A stretch of 64,000 nucleotides of DNA, from positions 227,491 to 291,490 of the forward strand of contig MCFH01000065.1 in NCBI GenBank assembly GCA_002104945.1. The letters run 5' to 3'. Source of the DNA: Piromyces finnis finn (Eukaryota; Fungi; Neocallimastigomycota). This document shows positions 59,405 through 64,000 of the stretch, piece by piece; position 1 is the first letter of the stretch; each line of letters opens with the position of its first letter. The translations under genes and the position numbers were made by a program. The notes beneath the pieces were generated by a model that was not told the DNA's origin, did not search any database, and saw nothing but the letters and a program-made list of their open reading frames with translations.

Positions 59405-60015
59405 TTTAATCGCTCAGTACCATGAGCTTAGTCCTAATAATTTTCCCTTGAAGACTATCCAAGCATCCATTGCGCAATGCTTGGATTTAATTATTTCTAC
59501 TCTCTCAGTACCATGAGCATGAGTAGACCCCCTTGAGAAATTACATTTATTAAATAAATGAAGGCACATTCCTAAGAGGGCACCAAGCATCCATTGCGCA
59601 ATACTTGGATTTAATTCTTTCTACTCTCTCAGTACCATGAGCATGAGTAGACCCCCTTGAGAAACTACATTTATTAAATAAATGAAGGCACGTTCCCAAG
59701 AGGGCTCTGGTTCCAAAATGACAGTATTGTAACTGAAATGATGTACTTATATAGAAGAGGTTCAGGAGTAAAGGAACAAGAGTTATGAACACCAATATAA
59801 AGTCCTCCCATACCTGGAACTTTAGGATTAGCACGTCTGTGTACTGGTTTATAGTTCAGTAGGCATGGGGAGGAAATTGCATTACCACAGAGGAATTGGC
59901 TGTTACCTAATTCTTGAAGGAAGACACATACAGGTTTGAAAACAGAGATGAAGTATAAAACACCGTCCTTTTTCTCAGGGTTCCAGCCATTGATGTTCCA
60001 GCAAGTACATAAGTT
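59405..60015 (-). pseudogene. APE-endonuclease relic of a related, diverged LINE family, with a 124-nt tandem duplication
   Basis: Minus-strand frame CWNINGWNPEKKDG..FKPVCVFLQELG...VPGMGGLYIGVHNSC...KYIISV..SFWN aligns with the neighbouring LINE APE domain. 59459-59582 is repeated at 59583-59706. Confidence 0.85.
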
Positions 60016-60536
60016 GAAAAGGCATTAAATTTTCAACACATAACAATACGATATTAAAGGGGAATAATATCATCGCTTTAACAATACAATTTAAATAAAA
60101 ATAAAAAAAGGAGAAGGAAAAAAAAAAGAATGACTACCATTTTCTTTAACAACTACAAATCTTTCAACAATAAATAACCTTTTATATAAATCCCTTAAAT
60201 AATAAAGGTTTATCTATTTATTTTTATTTTACAAATTTATTATTTTTTAATTAAACCAATTAAAATTAAGCTTTACATTAATTTATATTTAGGTTTTTTC
60301 TTTTTAATTTATGTAGAAATTATTTATTATTTTCTATAATTTATTAAGTTCTATTTTCTTATCCTATTATTACTATTACAATTTTTTTATTTTAATTTTC
60401 TTATTTATTATTATCCTCATACAATGAGGACTTGCAATCATTAAAAAAAAAAAACTTTCAATTAAGGATTGTCGCTTATTATTGGAATATTAACAATAAT
60501 AAACTTTTTATTTTACGATTTCATTCAATAGTGCGT

Positions 60537-62090
60537 TTAAGCCTTACCAGCCATCTTGGCATCCATTTCTTCAAGAGTAAGACCCTTACATTCAATAACG
60601 TAGAATTGAGAGTAAATCCAAGCGAGGAAACTGGCAGCAGCAAAAAGAATGAAAGTGTTAGTAGACCATTTCTTCATGAGGAATGGACCAACAAAACCAA
60701 TAATCCAATTGTTTAAGAAGTTAGAGACAGTACCAACAGCAGAACCCTTAACTCTGACACGAAGTGGGAAAACTTCAGCTTGGTAAACCCATGGAACTGG
60801 ACCCCAAGTCCAAGCGAATGAGAATACGAATAAGAAAACGGAAGCAACAGCAGCGTATTGCCATCCCTTGATTGGTTGTTCAATGAACTTACCATTAGCA
60901 TCCTTCTTACCACCAGTTAACTTAGAGCAAGCCCAAGTAGAAAGATGGAAGACCATCATCATAAGAGAACCAATAACTAAAAGAGTCTTACGACCTAATC
61001 TTTCAATACCCCACATACCTGGGAAGGTGGAAACAAAGTTAACGAGGTTGTTGACGTTTGGTAATACAACAGTAGACATAACCTTGTTGAAACCCATTTC
61101 AGAGTAAATTTGACTTTGGTAGTACATAATAACGTTAATACCAGTCCATTGTTGGAAAAGTTGCATTAAGAAAGTAATGAAAGTACGACGACGAATGACG
61201 GAACTGAAAAGTTCACCGAATGAAGAGGAACCAGCAGCACGAGTAGCAGCAACATCTTCTTGAATAGCCTTAAGTTCTTCTTGAACAACAGCATCAGAAG
61301 TAGAGGCGGCATTAAGCTTAGCAAGAATTTCAACAGCTTCTTCATCACGATCCTTAGAACATAACCATCTTGGGGACTTTGGAACGAAGCACATAAGAGT
61401 AGCAAGACCAAGACCTGGAACAACTTGTAATAAAAGAGCTAATCTCCATTCAAGGTTAGAGATTTCTTCATCACCCTTTCTAGTGAAAGAAAGTAAACCT
61501 TCTGGCTTACGGTTAGTCTTGTACCAGATAAGAGCATTGATAAGAGAAGCAACAATAATACCAAAAGTAGTCATAAGTTGATAACAAGAAGAAAGAGTAC
61601 CTCTAAGGTTAGATGGAGCAACTTCTGAAATGTAGGTTGGGCAAAGTACACCATTACAACCAATAGAAAGACCAGTGATAAGACGACCAATGGCAATCAT
61701 AACAGAGGAACGGATAGAAGAACCTTGAATAATAGCACCACAGGTGAAGATACAAGCACCAACCATAATGGTTCTTTGACGACCAAACTTTTCACCAAGG
61801 TAAGTAGCCATAAGAGCACCACAAAGAGCACCAAGAACGAAACTAGAAGTAATAACACCTTCAAGGAAAGCCTTATTACCTTTTTCTTCTAAATCACGGT
61901 ACATAGCCTTTGAGGCATCATCAGTAGATTCACCAACTTCATCAATAGCTTTTCCCTTCCATTCGTGGAATCTGAAGAAAATACGGAATGAGTCCATAAC
62001 AAGAACAACATTCATAACACCAACTTCATAACCAAAAAGAAGACCACCAAGTGAGGCGGTAACAGCGACTAAAAATTGAAAGCTGTTCAT
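60537..62090 (-). CDS. MFS sugar porter family transporter (intronless)
   Basis: GGLLFGYE, GRLITGLSIG, PTYISEVAP..RG, PKSPRWL, QQWTGINVIMYY, ERLGRK, WGPVPW...EVFPLRVR and ECKGLTLEEM, with multiple TM segments. Confidence 0.96.
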   Translation of the reverse strand: MNSFQFLVAVTASLGGLLFGYEVGVMNVVLVMDSFRIFFRFHEWKGKAIDEVGESTDDASKAMYRDLEEKGNKAFLEGVITSSFVLGALCGALMATYLGEKFGRQRTIMVGACIFTCGAIIQGSSIRSSVMIAIGRLITGLSIGCNGVLCPTYISEVAPSNLRGTLSSCYQLMTTFGIIVASLINALIWYKTNRKPEGLLSFTRKGDEEISNLEWRLALLLQVVPGLGLATLMCFVPKSPRWLCSKDRDEEAVEILAKLNAASTSDAVVQEELKAIQEDVAATRAAGSSSFGELFSSVIRRRTFITFLMQLFQQWTGINVIMYYQSQIYSEMGFNKVMSTVVLPNVNNLVNFVSTFPGMWGIERLGRKTLLVIGSLMMMVFHLSTWACSKLTGGKKDANGKFIEQPIKGWQYAAVASVFLFVFSFAWTWGPVPWVYQAEVFPLRVRVKGSAVGTVSNFLNNWIIGFVGPFLMKKWSTNTFILFAAASFLAWIYSQFYVIECKGLTLEEMDAKMAGKA

Positions 62091-62464
62091 TTTTTTTTAA
62101 AAAAAAAATTAAACTTAAATTAAACTTAAATTAATATTATTATTAAATAATAATGATTTTTTTTTAAAAGAAAATTTATTTCTTTTATACAAAATTTCAA
62201 TATAAAGATAAAATCATAATATTTAATTATAATTATATATAATTAATTGTATTTGTATATAAATTATTTTTAAATTAATAATTATTTTCAATTTATTTTA
62301 ATATGTTATGATTATTGCTTTATTATATTTATTATATTTATGAATATTAAAATTTAATTTTAATTCTTTCGAGAATTAAAAATAAATATTAAAATAAATT
62401 ATAATATAATATTTAACTTATATATAATAAACTTTACATTTGTTTCAAAAATGTACACAAAATT

Positions 62465-63580
62465 TATATTATATTATATTATATTATATTATATTATATT
62501 ATATATATTATATTATATTATATATTATATTATATTATATTATATTATATTATATTATATTTTTATATTATATTATATTATATATTATATTATATTATAT
62601 TATATTATATTATTTATATTATATTATATTATATTATATTATATTATATTATATTATATTATATTATATATATTATATTATATTATATTATATATATTAT
62701 ATTATATTATATTATATTATATTATATTATATTATATTATATTATATTATATTATATTATATTATATTATATTTTTTTTTTTTTTTTTTATATTATTTTA
62801 TATTATATTTATATTATATTATATATATTATATTATATTATATTATATTATATTATATTAATTATATTTATATTATATTATATTATATTATATTATATTA
62901 TATTATATTATATTTATTATATTATATTAATATTATATTATATTATATTATATTATATTATATTATATTATATTATATTATATTATATATTATATTATAT
63001 TATATTATATTTATTTTTATATTATATTATATTATATATATTATATTATATTATATTATATTATATTATATTATATTATATTATATTATATTATATTTAT
63101 ATATTATATTATATTATATTATATTATATTATATTATATTATATTATAATATTATATTATATTATATTATATTATTATTATATTATATATATTATATTAT
63201 ATTATATTATATTATATTATATTATAATTTATTATATTATATTATATTATATTATATTATATTATATTATATTATATTATATTATATTAATATTATATTA
63301 TATTATAATTATATTAATTATATTATATTATATTATATTATATTATATTATATTATATTATATTATTTATATTATATTATATATTTATTATTATATTATA
63401 TTATATTATATTATATTATATTATATTATTATTATATTATATTATATTATATTATATTATATTATATTATATTATATTATATTATATTATATTATATTAT
63501 ATTATATTATATTATATTATATTATATTATATATATATATTATATATATTATATTATTATATTATATATTTATTATATTA
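62465..63580. repeat. Imperfect (TATAT)n microsatellite, about 1.1 kb
   Basis: Directly visible; it produces the spurious YIILY ORFs. Confidence 0.97.
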
Positions 63581-64000
63581 TAAAAAATCATAAGATAAAA
63601 CTTAATAAAATAAAATTTATATTTTTATTAAAATTTTTTAATTTATAATATTTAAAGTTTAGTAATTATTAGGAATTATATAAATTTAACTTTTATTTTA
63701 AATATTTTTAATAAATTGATAAAAATAATATTTTTTAAATAACACATAAAATTTATGAATTTTTAATTTTTTTAAGATTAAATATATTTTTATTATTTAC
63801 TAATAATAATTTAACATTTTTTAAATTAAAAAGAAATTATAATATTTTACAAAATTTAAAATTTGAATAAAGTTTTTTATTAAATAATAAATATCCTCTT
63901 AAAATGAAACACTAAATTATTAAATATATATTAAAAGAAAATATTTTAATATATATTTAATATTGTAATAACCAATAAATTTACATCTCAATTGTTTAAA

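Noticed and set aside
62440-63648. ORFs of 402 and 136 aa (YIILY repeats)
   Set aside because: Translation of the (TATAT)n microsatellite.

Overview
Very AT-rich eukaryotic DNA. The short GT-AG introns, near-pure AT intergenic tracts, a flagellar-type EF-hand gene and these transposon families point (by inference) to an anaerobic gut fungus (Neocallimastigomycota) or a similar zoosporic fungus. Positions 1-20.4 kb are a nested Ty3/gypsy complex. It holds two copies of a single-ORF chromovirus (Gag-PR-RT-RH-IN-chromodomain) with Tf1-like self-priming signals, and two copies of a non-coding 6.1-kb LTR element (LARD-like, 791-bp LTRs, 5-bp TSD). That non-coding element keeps the chromovirus PBS and PPT but carries an array of about 8 conserved hairpin-forming cores where genes would be. 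This array is the most unusual feature of the window. Positions 20-47 kb contain host genes and relics of other gypsy families, one of them tRNA-primed. The host genes are a 5-exon EFCAB9-like gene, a GPI-anchored Cys-rich protein and a spliced HTH-like protein with a 5-nt microexon. Positions 47.8-60 kb are a cluster of four pieces of single-ORF APE-type LINEs, one of them intact. An MFS sugar porter and a long (TATAT)n tract end the window. All alignments, splice models and folds were done by eye, so coordinates may be off by a few bases.
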